Source of the DNA: an uncultured Bacteroidales bacterium | GTDB lineage: Bacteria > Bacteroidota > Bacteroidia > Bacteroidales > FEN-979 | DNA: 64,000 nucleotides | NCBI GenBank assembly: GCA_903877385.1 | Contig: CAIRDP010000011.1 | Coordinates: forward strand, 69,245 to 133,244 | Direction: 5' to 3' | Shown: positions 55,982-64,000 of the stretch, one piece after another | Position numbering within the stretch: the first letter of the stretch is position 1 | Layout of the letters: each line of letters begins with the position of its first letter | Notes under the pieces: generated by a model | Database searches by the model: none | What the model was told of the DNA's origin: nothing | Seen by the model: only the letters and a program-made list of their open reading frames with translations | Position numbers and translations under genes: made by a program

Positions 55982-57199
55982 ATGAATATCCGAAGCAGGA
56001 CCATTAAATATACTGAACTGGCTCTGATCATCTTTGTATGGATGGTCCTGCTTATGACCCCGGTGCTATTCAGGGAGGACAACAACAAACCCCTGCTGGG
56101 AAGCGTGCTGAACCAGCTTGAGATCCTTATTCCCCTTTCGGTCCTGTTCCTTGTCAATCGTTTTGTTTTTGTGCCCGGATTGCTTTTCAGGGGGAAACCT
56201 GTATTATTTATTTTCTCTGTCCTGGGGGTCATCCTCCTGCTTGCTGTAGGTTCATATATCTATGATACTAAGATCAAACAGTACCCTCCTTCAAGACCAG
56301 GTGAATCAATGAATGTGCAAGCCCGGCAAAATCCGCCTCCTGAGAGGGCCGGTGAACCGGGGAATCCTCCTCCGCCTGATCAGGCAGCTGATGTGGACTG
56401 GCCCTCAAGGTCCGACCAGGGTGTTAATGACAACAGGCCCCCCCGGCCCGACCAGGCCAATGACAACGGAAGTCAGGGGCAGCAGGGCGGGCGGCAACCC
56501 AGGCCTGTTCCACCGTTTGCCAACTTTTTAATATTCTCGGTTCTTATTGTGGGATTCGACACCGGTTTGCTTTCGGGCCTCCGCTGGATAGGTGCGGAAA
56601 ATGAAAAAGTGAGGCTGGAAAAAGAAAATGTAGCCACCCGGCTAACCCTGTTAAGGACCCAGGTAAGCCCTCACTTCTTTATGAATACACTGAATAATAT
56701 ACATGCACTTGTTGATACGAATACCGAAGAAGCCAAGGAAGCCATCATCAAGCTGTCGAAAATGATGAGGTACCTTCTTTACGAAACCGAAACAGAGAAG
56801 ACTACCTTGAAAAAAGAGGTGGAATTCCTCGAAAGCTATATCAACCTGATGAAACTCAGGTTCAGCGAGAAAGTCAAAATTACCATGAACCTGCCAACCC
56901 TTGTCCCCGATGCCTCCCTGCCTCCTTTCCTGTTTACATCTTTCATCGAAAATGCATTTAAACACGGGATCAGTTACAAGAATGAATCGTTTATCACCAT
57001 AGATCTTATCCCGGGGCAGGAACGTCTTTTATTTACTGTGAAAAACAGTAAAAACGACAATAAGCAGATTGGGGAATTTTCGGGTATTGGCATTGAAAAT
57101 ACACGTAAACGCCTCGATTTGCTGTATGGCGACAAATACCACCTGGATATTATCGATAATGCTGATTTATTTACCGTGAATTTATCTGTGCCAACATGA
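55982..57199 (+). CDS. LytS/YehU-type sensor histidine kinase (His_kinase domain) with a Pro-rich loop
   Basis: LRTQVSPHFFMNTLNNIHAL is the signature H-region of this family, followed by an HATPase tail (GIGIENTRKRL). There are four TM helices. Start taken at ATG 55982. Confidence 0.85.
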   Translation: MNIRSRTIKYTELALIIFVWMVLLMTPVLFREDNNKPLLGSVLNQLEILIPLSVLFLVNRFVFVPGLLFRGKPVLFIFSVLGVILLLAVGSYIYDTKIKQYPPSRPGESMNVQARQNPPPERAGEPGNPPPPDQAADVDWPSRSDQGVNDNRPPRPDQANDNGSQGQQGGRQPRPVPPFANFLIFSVLIVGFDTGLLSGLRWIGAENEKVRLEKENVATRLTLLRTQVSPHFFMNTLNNIHALVDTNTEEAKEAIIKLSKMMRYLLYETETEKTTLKKEVEFLESYINLMKLRFSEKVKITMNLPTLVPDASLPPFLFTSFIENAFKHGISYKNESFITIDLIPGQERLLFTVKNSKNDNKQIGEFSGIGIENTRKRLDLLYGDKYHLDIIDNADLFTVNLSVPT

Positions 57200-57912
57200 T
57201 CAGATGTATTGCAATAGATGATGAACCTCTGGCCCTGCAACAGATTGCCGGTTACATAAAGTCTACGCCATTCCTGGATCTCCGGGGATTATGTGAAAGC
57301 GCATTGCAGGCCATTGAACTGCTCGAAAATACCGCTGTTGATCTCATGTTCGTCGACATCAACATGCCTGATCTTAATGGTATGGAATTCGTGAAGAACC
57401 TTGAAAATCCCCCTTTGGTTGTGTTTGTGACGGCCTATGGAGAGTATGCACTGGAAGGATTCCGGGTCGATGCTGTAGATTACCTTCTCAAACCGGTAAG
57501 TTACAAGGATTTCATGAAATCGGCGAACAAGGCTAAAGCCTGGTTCGACGCCCTGCAGCAGAAACCTTCGGAAATAAGCAGCAACAAGGAATTCCTGTTT
57601 ATCAAATCAGAATACAAGATCCTCAGGATAAACTTTGACGATATAAAGTACATAGAGGCCATGAGCGAGTATATCCGCATACACCTGCTCAGCTCCAAAC
57701 CGGTCATGACACAACTTAGCATGAAAGCTATAGAAGAACAGCTGCCCGAAGACCGTTTCATGAGGGTGCACCGCTCCTATATCATCAACCTTTCAAAGAT
57801 CTCCGTAATAGAAAGGAACAGGATCATCTTCGACGTGAGCACATATATTCCTGTAAGCGAGCAATATAAAAGCAAGTTCCAGAACTATATCGATAAAAAT
57901 TTCCTGGCCTGA
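57196..57912 (+). CDS. LytR/AlgR-family response regulator (receiver + LytTR DNA-binding domain)
   Basis: IAIDDEPLAL, DLMFVDINMP, then IKYIEAMSEYIRIH and RVHRSYIINL. ATGA overlap with the kinase gene. Confidence 0.9.
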   Translation: MIRCIAIDDEPLALQQIAGYIKSTPFLDLRGLCESALQAIELLENTAVDLMFVDINMPDLNGMEFVKNLENPPLVVFVTAYGEYALEGFRVDAVDYLLKPVSYKDFMKSANKAKAWFDALQQKPSEISSNKEFLFIKSEYKILRINFDDIKYIEAMSEYIRIHLLSSKPVMTQLSMKAIEEQLPEDRFMRVHRSYIINLSKISVIERNRIIFDVSTYIPVSEQYKSKFQNYIDKNFLA

Positions 57913-58128
57913 ACATACTATGATTTTGGGGCCTTTGGGATATTGCTGGTTCGCCATGAAAAGTATTATTGCGGGCTTTTTGAATCGGCAGAAGATCAGG
58001 GTAAATCAGTCAATCAGTGTATTATTTAGTATCCATACTGCGGATTATGATTCCTGTAAAAAACTAATTATCTGTCGCTGAAAAAACGAGGTATTTCACA
58101 GATAAAAACAGCCGTTATGTTGAATGTT

Positions 58129-58160
58129 TTTGCAGAAGGATTTATTGTAAAATATTTTTG
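58129..58160 (+). promoter_or_regulatory. candidate sigma-A promoter TTTG-N20-TATTTTTG for the first ASST-like gene
   Basis: Consensus elements with canonical spacing, 27 nt upstream of ATG 58188. Confidence 0.45.
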
Positions 58161-58187
58161 TAGAAATGTTATATAAAGATCCGGATT

Positions 58188-59987
58188 ATGAAAAAAAAAT
58201 TGTTTCTGCCGCTATTTCTGCTGATGTCAGCCTCAGTGTTTCCCCAGGAATGTTTAATGGTCAAAACCGAAACCCGGTACTGGGATCATACAAGGACCTA
58301 TGAGGGTTACACCTTGTTTGGTACGAGGGGAACCACTTATCTCATAGACTTTGAAGGCCATGTGATCCATACCTGGGCCTTAGGCACGAATCCCCGTTTT
58401 ACCGAGGCCGGAACCCTGCTGGATGCCGTAGGGGGTAATCCGAGCAACCAGAATCAATGGAAAGAACTTGACTGGAACGGCAATGTTACGTGGCAATACA
58501 CCGAGAGCCGCAGCAACTACCACGGGCATCATGATTTTGCAAAAATATACAACACCAAGCTGGGAGATTCCACTTTCATTTATATAGCCAACAAGGATCT
58601 CACAGCCCAGCAATGCCTCAATGCCGGCTGCGATGCCCAATATGACTACACCGGCTCCCAGATGGATGCCATTGTAGAAGTTAACAGGGCAGGGACCGTG
58701 ATTTGGGAATGGTGGTTCTTTGACCATGTGGTCCAGGATATGTACCCGGCCATTACCTCAACCTACGGCGTCATTGCAAATACTCCCGGCAGGATCAACC
58801 TGAACATCCGCGGCAATCATGTCAAAAGCGACTGGCTGCACTGCAACTCCCTCGATTATAACCAGGACAAGGACCTGATCGTAATCAACTCGGTTCACGG
58901 GGAATTTTATGTGGTGGATCATGGAAATACTTTCGTACCCAATGATCCGGTTGCAAGCATCGCCCTTGCCGCAACAACCGCGGGTGATTTCAAGTACCGT
59001 TTTGGCGATCCCGCAAAATACAACCAGGGGGACCCTCCTTCCGTTGAAGATAACTGGGAAAAAGCCACTGCAGGGAACAAGCAGCTCGGAGGAGCACATG
59101 ATATCCAATGGATCAGGTCAGGGCTTACCGGTGCAGGCAACTTTCTAGTCTTCTGCAATGCCGAGAACCTTTTTGAACTTACACCCCAGTCCTATATCAT
59201 CGAGATCAACCCTTACCTGAATTCCGCGGGAGTGAATACCGGGAATTTCTTCAATCCTCCCGATGCGGGCTATACTGTTGTAACATCTCCAAATTCCAAC
59301 CTGATGAAGGAGAATAAAAATGTATCGAAGCAGATTGTATGGACATACTCTGCAAAGAACAACGTTTCGTTTTACAGCACGATAGGATCCAGCGCCCAGC
59401 GTCTGCCCAACGGGAATACCCTGATATGTTCTATGAACGACGGCCATTTCTTTGAAATTGCACCTACCGACACTGCCGTTCTGTGGGAGTATGTCAACCC
59501 TATGACAAGGGATGGGATAAAGAAGATAAAGACCTGTCAATATCCCACCTATAATGGCGTTTTCAGGGTCTATCGCTATGCTGCCGACTGTCCGGCCCTT
59601 GCAGGGCATGATCTTACCCCGGGGCCGACGATGACAGGCGACCCTCCCGATTACTGGACCCCCGATGATATTACCGGCTTTGAAGAACAACAAGGCCCGA
59701 CGACGTCCTCAGCCAATGTACTGAAACAAAATTATCCCAACCCGTTCTCAGCCGGTACAACGATTGCTTTCGACCTTATAGAGGCTGCTGATGTTTCCCT
59801 GGTTATCTATGACCTGAACGGGAACTACGTAAAAACCCTGCTGAAGAATTACTCCATCGAAGGGAATTACTCCCTTTACTGGGATGGTACGAACGACAAC
59901 GGCTCGAGAGTGGCCAGCGGGATGTATTTTTACATCCTCACAGCCGATAACCAAAGGCTGGCAAAGAAAATGATTTGTATCAGATAA
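58188..59987 (+). CDS. arylsulfotransferase (ASST)-like beta-propeller protein with T9SS C-terminal sorting domain
   Basis: GYTLFG...YLIDFEGHVIHTW, VIWEWWFFDHVVQD, DWLHCNSLDYNQDKDLIVINSVHGEFYVVDH, RFGDPAKY, QRLPNGNTLI and VFRVYRY. C-terminal LKQNYPNPFSAGTTIAF...GMYFYIL. Confidence 0.7.
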   Translation: MKKKLFLPLFLLMSASVFPQECLMVKTETRYWDHTRTYEGYTLFGTRGTTYLIDFEGHVIHTWALGTNPRFTEAGTLLDAVGGNPSNQNQWKELDWNGNVTWQYTESRSNYHGHHDFAKIYNTKLGDSTFIYIANKDLTAQQCLNAGCDAQYDYTGSQMDAIVEVNRAGTVIWEWWFFDHVVQDMYPAITSTYGVIANTPGRINLNIRGNHVKSDWLHCNSLDYNQDKDLIVINSVHGEFYVVDHGNTFVPNDPVASIALAATTAGDFKYRFGDPAKYNQGDPPSVEDNWEKATAGNKQLGGAHDIQWIRSGLTGAGNFLVFCNAENLFELTPQSYIIEINPYLNSAGVNTGNFFNPPDAGYTVVTSPNSNLMKENKNVSKQIVWTYSAKNNVSFYSTIGSSAQRLPNGNTLICSMNDGHFFEIAPTDTAVLWEYVNPMTRDGIKKIKTCQYPTYNGVFRVYRYAADCPALAGHDLTPGPTMTGDPPDYWTPDDITGFEEQQGPTTSSANVLKQNYPNPFSAGTTIAFDLIEAADVSLVIYDLNGNYVKTLLKNYSIEGNYSLYWDGTNDNGSRVASGMYFYILTADNQRLAKKMICIR

Positions 59988-60005
59988 AATGAAAGGAAGT
60001 ATTCC

Positions 60006-62270
60006 ATGTCAAGAACAACCCAAATAGCACTTATCCTGGCAATAATTGCAGGAACAACCATTCCCGGCCTCAATGCCCAGAAACTAAGCAAATTCAGGAT
60101 CCCCGATACCGGGCAAACCGGAAGTTTCACATCAACAAAGGGTGAAGACTCTGATTTCCTGATCAACCCTCCTTCGTTTACCGATAACGGTGACGGCACC
60201 ATCACCGATAACAATACCGGCCTGATGTGGCAGAAGACCGACGGGGGAGAGATGATCTTCGAAAATGCCGGTCCGTACTGCAACAGCCTCACGCTTGGCG
60301 GGTATTCCGACTGGCGGCTTCCTACCGGGATTGAACTCTTTAGCATTAACAATTACAGCCAGCTGAATCCGGCTCTGAATACCCAATATTTCTTGCTTAC
60401 CAATGCAGAGTACTGGTGGACCAGTGAGGCCAGGTCAGATGATTCCACCATGATCTGGGTTGTGAATGCAGGAGGAGGAATAGGAGCCCATCCCAAATCG
60501 GAAACACATAGTGCAGGAGGCACAAAATATTTCAATACAAGGGCAGTGAGGTCAGTCATTACGACTTCATTCGCTCCTCCCCATTTCATTGATAATGGCG
60601 ATGGGACAATAAAAGATAACTATACTGGCCTTACCTGGCAAATGATCCAGGCTGCCGACAGCATGAGCTGGGAGGACGCACTTCTGTATAGTAAAACCGT
60701 TTCCCAGGGCGGCAAGACCGACTGGAGACTACCTAATGTAAAAGAACTTCAGTCATTGAATGACGTAAGTAAAATCAATCCCTCTTTCGATAATACTTAT
60801 TTTCCCGATGTTGTTTCGGGGAATTTCTGGTCATCGACCACACTTATCGGAGATAATGCCAAAGCCTGGGACATCAATGTGCAATTCGGAATTGTTTCAT
60901 ATTCGGTGAAGACTAAAAAAGAACAGGTGCTGCTGGTGAGGGGCGGGCTGGACAATGCCTATACCAATATCACCGAAGTGAACATCCCCGGCGGGGTTTA
61001 TGAAATGGGCGATCATAACGGGCATTACGATCCCAGCCATCCGAACGATGAGATCCCTATCCATTCGGTCAAGATCGACTCTTTCAACATGGCTAAAACA
61101 GAGACTACCAACGAGCAATACCTGACTTTCCTGAATTCGGCCCTGCTTGCTGGAAATATCCAGGTCACAAGCAACAGGGTCCATCTTACAGGGGATACCA
61201 ATACGTTATATTACACCTACCAGGATGCCCCGTACTACAGTATAGGTTATGACGGGACTTCCTTTTCCATGGCCGATTTCAGAGCTCAGCACCCTGTCAG
61301 CGGGGTAATGTGGCTTGGCGCAATTGCTTATTGTAACTGGCTGAGCCAGCAAAACGGGCTGAATTCCTGTTACGACATGGCTTCGGGCAATTGTACTTTC
61401 ACCAATAGCGGGTACCGCCTTCCCACCGAGGCGGAATGGGAATATGCAGGCCGAGGCGGGCATACCAATCCCTACCTGAAATTCGAGAACGGCGATACCA
61501 TAGACGTCACGCAGGCAAACCTGCCAAGCTCAGGCGATCCTTATGAAACCGGAGCTTACCCGCTCACAACTCCGGTGGGATTTTATGACGGAGCACTGAA
61601 GCAGAAATCGGACTACAACTGGCCAGGAAGCGCCGCTACCTACCAGACCGGCAATGGCATCAACGGTTTCGGTCTGTATGACATGCAGGGGAATGTATGG
61701 GAATTTGTCAATGACTGGTATGCCTCCGACTACTACTATAACAGTACTTATGATAATCCGACAGGCCCGGCGAGCGGAAGCATCATGCCCGACGGCAAGC
61801 AGTACCGCGGGATGAGGGGCGGCAACTGGTACAATGGCATTGATTCGAATAATGTGAATGACGGGCATTCGAGGGTTTCAAACCGTGACCCTTCGTATTT
61901 CAGGGGGCCGCAGGATCCAAACAACCCATGGTACCACGTGGGTTTCAGGGTTGCCAGGAAATATTCGACTTTGACCGGGATCCAGGATAACGGGATGCAG
62001 GATGCAGGATACAAGATGCTACAGCAGAATTTTCCGAATCCCTTCAGCGGTTCGACAACAATTAAATATTATCTGCCCTCATCCTCAGATGTTTTATTAA
62101 CAGTGAGCAATACCTTGGGCAGAGTAGTTGATGTAATAGCCGATGGTATGGAAAATGAAGGATGGCATACCATCAGTTGGGACGGCGGGCAACTGGGAAG
62201 TGGTATTTATTTCTGCAGGCTTGTGGCAGGTAGTCATCAGTCAACAATAAAATTAATACTGAACCGATAA
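60006..62270 (+). CDS. T9SS-secreted fusion: 2 x DUF1566 + FGE-sulfatase (SUMF1/EgtB/PvdO-like) domain
   Basis: DGTITDNNTGLMWQKTD...DWRLPTGIELFSI and DGTIKDNYTGLTWQM...DWRLPNVKELQSL. These are followed by GYRLPTEAEWEYAGRGG, GNVWEFVNDWY, RGGNWY and GFRVAR. C-terminal LQQNFPNPFSGSTTIKY...GIYFCRL. Confidence 0.8.
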   Translation: MSRTTQIALILAIIAGTTIPGLNAQKLSKFRIPDTGQTGSFTSTKGEDSDFLINPPSFTDNGDGTITDNNTGLMWQKTDGGEMIFENAGPYCNSLTLGGYSDWRLPTGIELFSINNYSQLNPALNTQYFLLTNAEYWWTSEARSDDSTMIWVVNAGGGIGAHPKSETHSAGGTKYFNTRAVRSVITTSFAPPHFIDNGDGTIKDNYTGLTWQMIQAADSMSWEDALLYSKTVSQGGKTDWRLPNVKELQSLNDVSKINPSFDNTYFPDVVSGNFWSSTTLIGDNAKAWDINVQFGIVSYSVKTKKEQVLLVRGGLDNAYTNITEVNIPGGVYEMGDHNGHYDPSHPNDEIPIHSVKIDSFNMAKTETTNEQYLTFLNSALLAGNIQVTSNRVHLTGDTNTLYYTYQDAPYYSIGYDGTSFSMADFRAQHPVSGVMWLGAIAYCNWLSQQNGLNSCYDMASGNCTFTNSGYRLPTEAEWEYAGRGGHTNPYLKFENGDTIDVTQANLPSSGDPYETGAYPLTTPVGFYDGALKQKSDYNWPGSAATYQTGNGINGFGLYDMQGNVWEFVNDWYASDYYYNSTYDNPTGPASGSIMPDGKQYRGMRGGNWYNGIDSNNVNDGHSRVSNRDPSYFRGPQDPNNPWYHVGFRVARKYSTLTGIQDNGMQDAGYKMLQQNFPNPFSGSTTIKYYLPSSSDVLLTVSNTLGRVVDVIADGMENEGWHTISWDGGQLGSGIYFCRLVAGSHQSTIKLILNR
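61984..62019. repeat. GGATGC-type heptamer array in the linker before the T9SS sorting domain
   Basis: Reads aggataac gggatgc aggatgc aggatac aagatgc, translated as IQDNGMQDAGYKM immediately before LQQNFPNPFS. Confidence 0.85.
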
Positions 62271-62295
62271 AACCGAATAATCAATATACTTTGCC

Positions 62296-64000
62296 ATGAA
62301 AACCAAACTTCTTATCATCGCATTGCTGGTTGCAGTCCTGGCCAGGGTTTCAGCCCAGAACAGGACCATGGGCCTGTTCCTGGACGATACAACGCAGGCA
62401 TTCGTGGGTTATACCGTTTTTGCACCCAAGCATAATACCATGACCTACATCATCAATAATGAAGGCCGGAAATGTCATGAATGGAAGGCCAGCACCTATA
62501 CTCCCGGGCAATCGGTATACGTTCTTGAGAACGGGAACCTGCTCCGAACCTGCATGTTAATGGGAAGTCTTGGTTCGGGCGGAGGCGAAGGGGGCAGGCT
62601 GGAAGAATACACATGGAATGACAGCCTGGTGTGGTATATGGAATATTCCACATCAACTTACACCCAGCACCATGATGTCAAAAAACTGCCGAACGGGAAC
62701 ATAATCATGTTGGTGGTCGAGAAAAAGACCCTTGCCGAAGCCATAGCGGCAGGTTTTGATCCCAACAATTTCCAGCCGGATGTTGCTCAGAAAGGGTACA
62801 TACTGCCGGATTGCATTATCGAGATACAGCCCACCTACCCCAGCGGAGGGACCGTGGTTTGGGAATGGCATGTATGGGACCACCTCATCCAGCATTTCGA
62901 TCCCACGAAAAACAATTATGGTGTCATCAGCGCCCATCCTGAGCTGATAAGCACCCTTGGCGATGGCAGGGTGGAGCCATTGTTCTGGAACCATATGAAC
63001 TGCATAGATTACCGGTCTGATCTCGACCAGATCGTTATGAGCGTGAGGGGAAACAGTGAACTTTGGCTTATCGATCACAGCACGACCACGGCCCAGTCAG
63101 CGGGGCATACGGGGGGCGTACATAACAAGGGAGGAGATCTCCTTTACCGCTGGGGGGACCCACAGAACTACGGCGCCGGGACTGCGAACGACCAGAAATT
63201 CTTCGAGCAACATTGCGTGGAGTGGATCAAACCCGACTGTCCGGGTGCAGGCGACCTTATGTGTTTTAACAATGGAGTGAACCGAAATTATTCTTCGATT
63301 GACGAAATTACGCCCCCGATCGACGGTAATGGTGATTACCCCCTGACCACAGGCCAGGCGTGGCTCCCGTCAAACCTTACATGGACTTATGTGGCCAATC
63401 CTCCGGCTTCGTTATATGCAGGGGACATTTCAGGTGCCCAGAGGCTGCAAAACGGGAATACCCTGATCGACGACGGTCCCCTCGGGACGTTTATTGAAGT
63501 CACCCCTGCCGGTGAAACCTGCTGGAAATACATCTGCCCGGTCGACGACAAGGGCCCGATGTACCAGGGAGATTCTATCCCCCATGATTCTGTGCATCCC
63601 GATGAAACGCTGAATTCGGTGTTCAGGGTTTACAGGTATGCCCCGTCATACGCGGGCTTTGCTGGCAGGGACCTTACACCGGGTGATTATATCGAGCTTT
63701 ACCCTACCGGTATTAATGAGCAGGGGAACCTGAATTCTACGGTTCCGGAACTTTATCAGAACTTCCCTAATCCCTGCAATAATAAAACCCAATTCAGCTA
63801 TTTCCTGCCCGAAGGCTGTCTTGTTACACTCAGTATCTTTGATATGCTCGGAAATGTCATCAGCATACAAAATATTAATTATCAGTCAAAAGGGAAACAT
63901 GAAATAGTGTTTGACGCTTCTGCCCTCCAATCCGGAATTTATTTTTACAAACTCACTGCCGGGGAGCATTCTGCCGTGAAAAGGATGACGATTGTACGCT
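62296..64000 (+). CDS. second ASST-like beta-propeller protein with T9SS sorting domain (3' end runs off the window)
   Basis: My own translation gives MKTKLLIIALLVAVLARVSAQ, VVWEWHVWDHLIQH, FWNHMNCIDYRSDLDQIVMSVRGNSELWLIDH, RWGDPQNY, QRLQNGNTLI and VFRVYRY. It ends with LYQNFPNPCNNKTQFSY...GIYFYKL...KRMTIVR. It is a paralog of the 58188-59987 gene. Confidence 0.7.
   Translation, partial: MKTKLLIIALLVAVLARVSAQNRTMGLFLDDTTQAFVGYTVFAPKHNTMTYIINNEGRKCHEWKASTYTPGQSVYVLENGNLLRTCMLMGSLGSGGGEGGRLEEYTWNDSLVWYMEYSTSTYTQHHDVKKLPNGNIIMLVVEKKTLAEAIAAGFDPNNFQPDVAQKGYILPDCIIEIQPTYPSGGTVVWEWHVWDHLIQHFDPTKNNYGVISAHPELISTLGDGRVEPLFWNHMNCIDYRSDLDQIVMSVRGNSELWLIDHSTTTAQSAGHTGGVHNKGGDLLYRWGDPQNYGAGTANDQKFFEQHCVEWIKPDCPGAGDLMCFNNGVNRNYSSIDEITPPIDGNGDYPLTTGQAWLPSNLTWTYVANPPASLYAGDISGAQRLQNGNTLIDDGPLGTFIEVTPAGETCWKYICPVDDKGPMYQGDSIPHDSVHPDETLNSVFRVYRYAPSYAGFAGRDLTPGDYIELYPTGINEQGNLNSTVPELYQNFPNPCNNKTQFSYFLPEGCLVTLSIFDMLGNVISIQNINYQSKGKHEIVFDASALQSGIYFYKLTAGEHSAVKRMTIVR

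Overview
This 64-kb chromosomal segment looks like Bacteroidota. The evidence is several T9SS type-A C-terminal sorting domains (NYPNPFS-type tails), TAnnTTTG -7 promoter boxes, LytTR and ECF regulators, and lipoprotein signal peptides. I support about 56 tightly packed protein genes. I saw no rRNA, tRNA, CRISPR array, transposase or integrase. The left two thirds is mostly housekeeping: dusB, pheS, rnc-fabF-acpP, purN, pgi, rsmI, mrdA-rodA and hflX. It also holds two tandem but clearly diverged czcCBA-type RND efflux operons (31.7-42.9 kb), followed on the same strand by a translationally coupled secreted protein and POTRA-less beta-barrel pair. A nitric-oxide stress island sits at 44.3-49.0 kb (qNOR, YgbA-like protein, cupin, DUF438 hemerythrin/PAS, DUF2249). 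The right end (50.5-64 kb) is an accessory-looking block, all on the + strand. It contains an ECF sigma, an anti-sigma-like protein and a Spy/CpxP-like protein, then two further LTxxQ-motif secreted proteins and a LytS/LytTR pair. It also has four T9SS cargo proteins: two arylsulfotransferase-like beta-propellers and two DUF1566 lectin-like proteins, one of them fused to an FGE/SUMF1 domain. The most unusual signal that gene calls do not explain is a set of 7-nt-periodic arrays. Cores GGATGC, TGAAYRT and GTACATN occur at gene boundaries, and in two cases in-frame inside ORFs, where gain or loss of one unit would truncate the protein at a domain boundary. There is also an (ATTG)10 microsatellite across a stop codon, and a promoter, structured leader and intrinsic terminator directly upstream of pgi. 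All functional calls come from motif recognition by eye; no database search was run.
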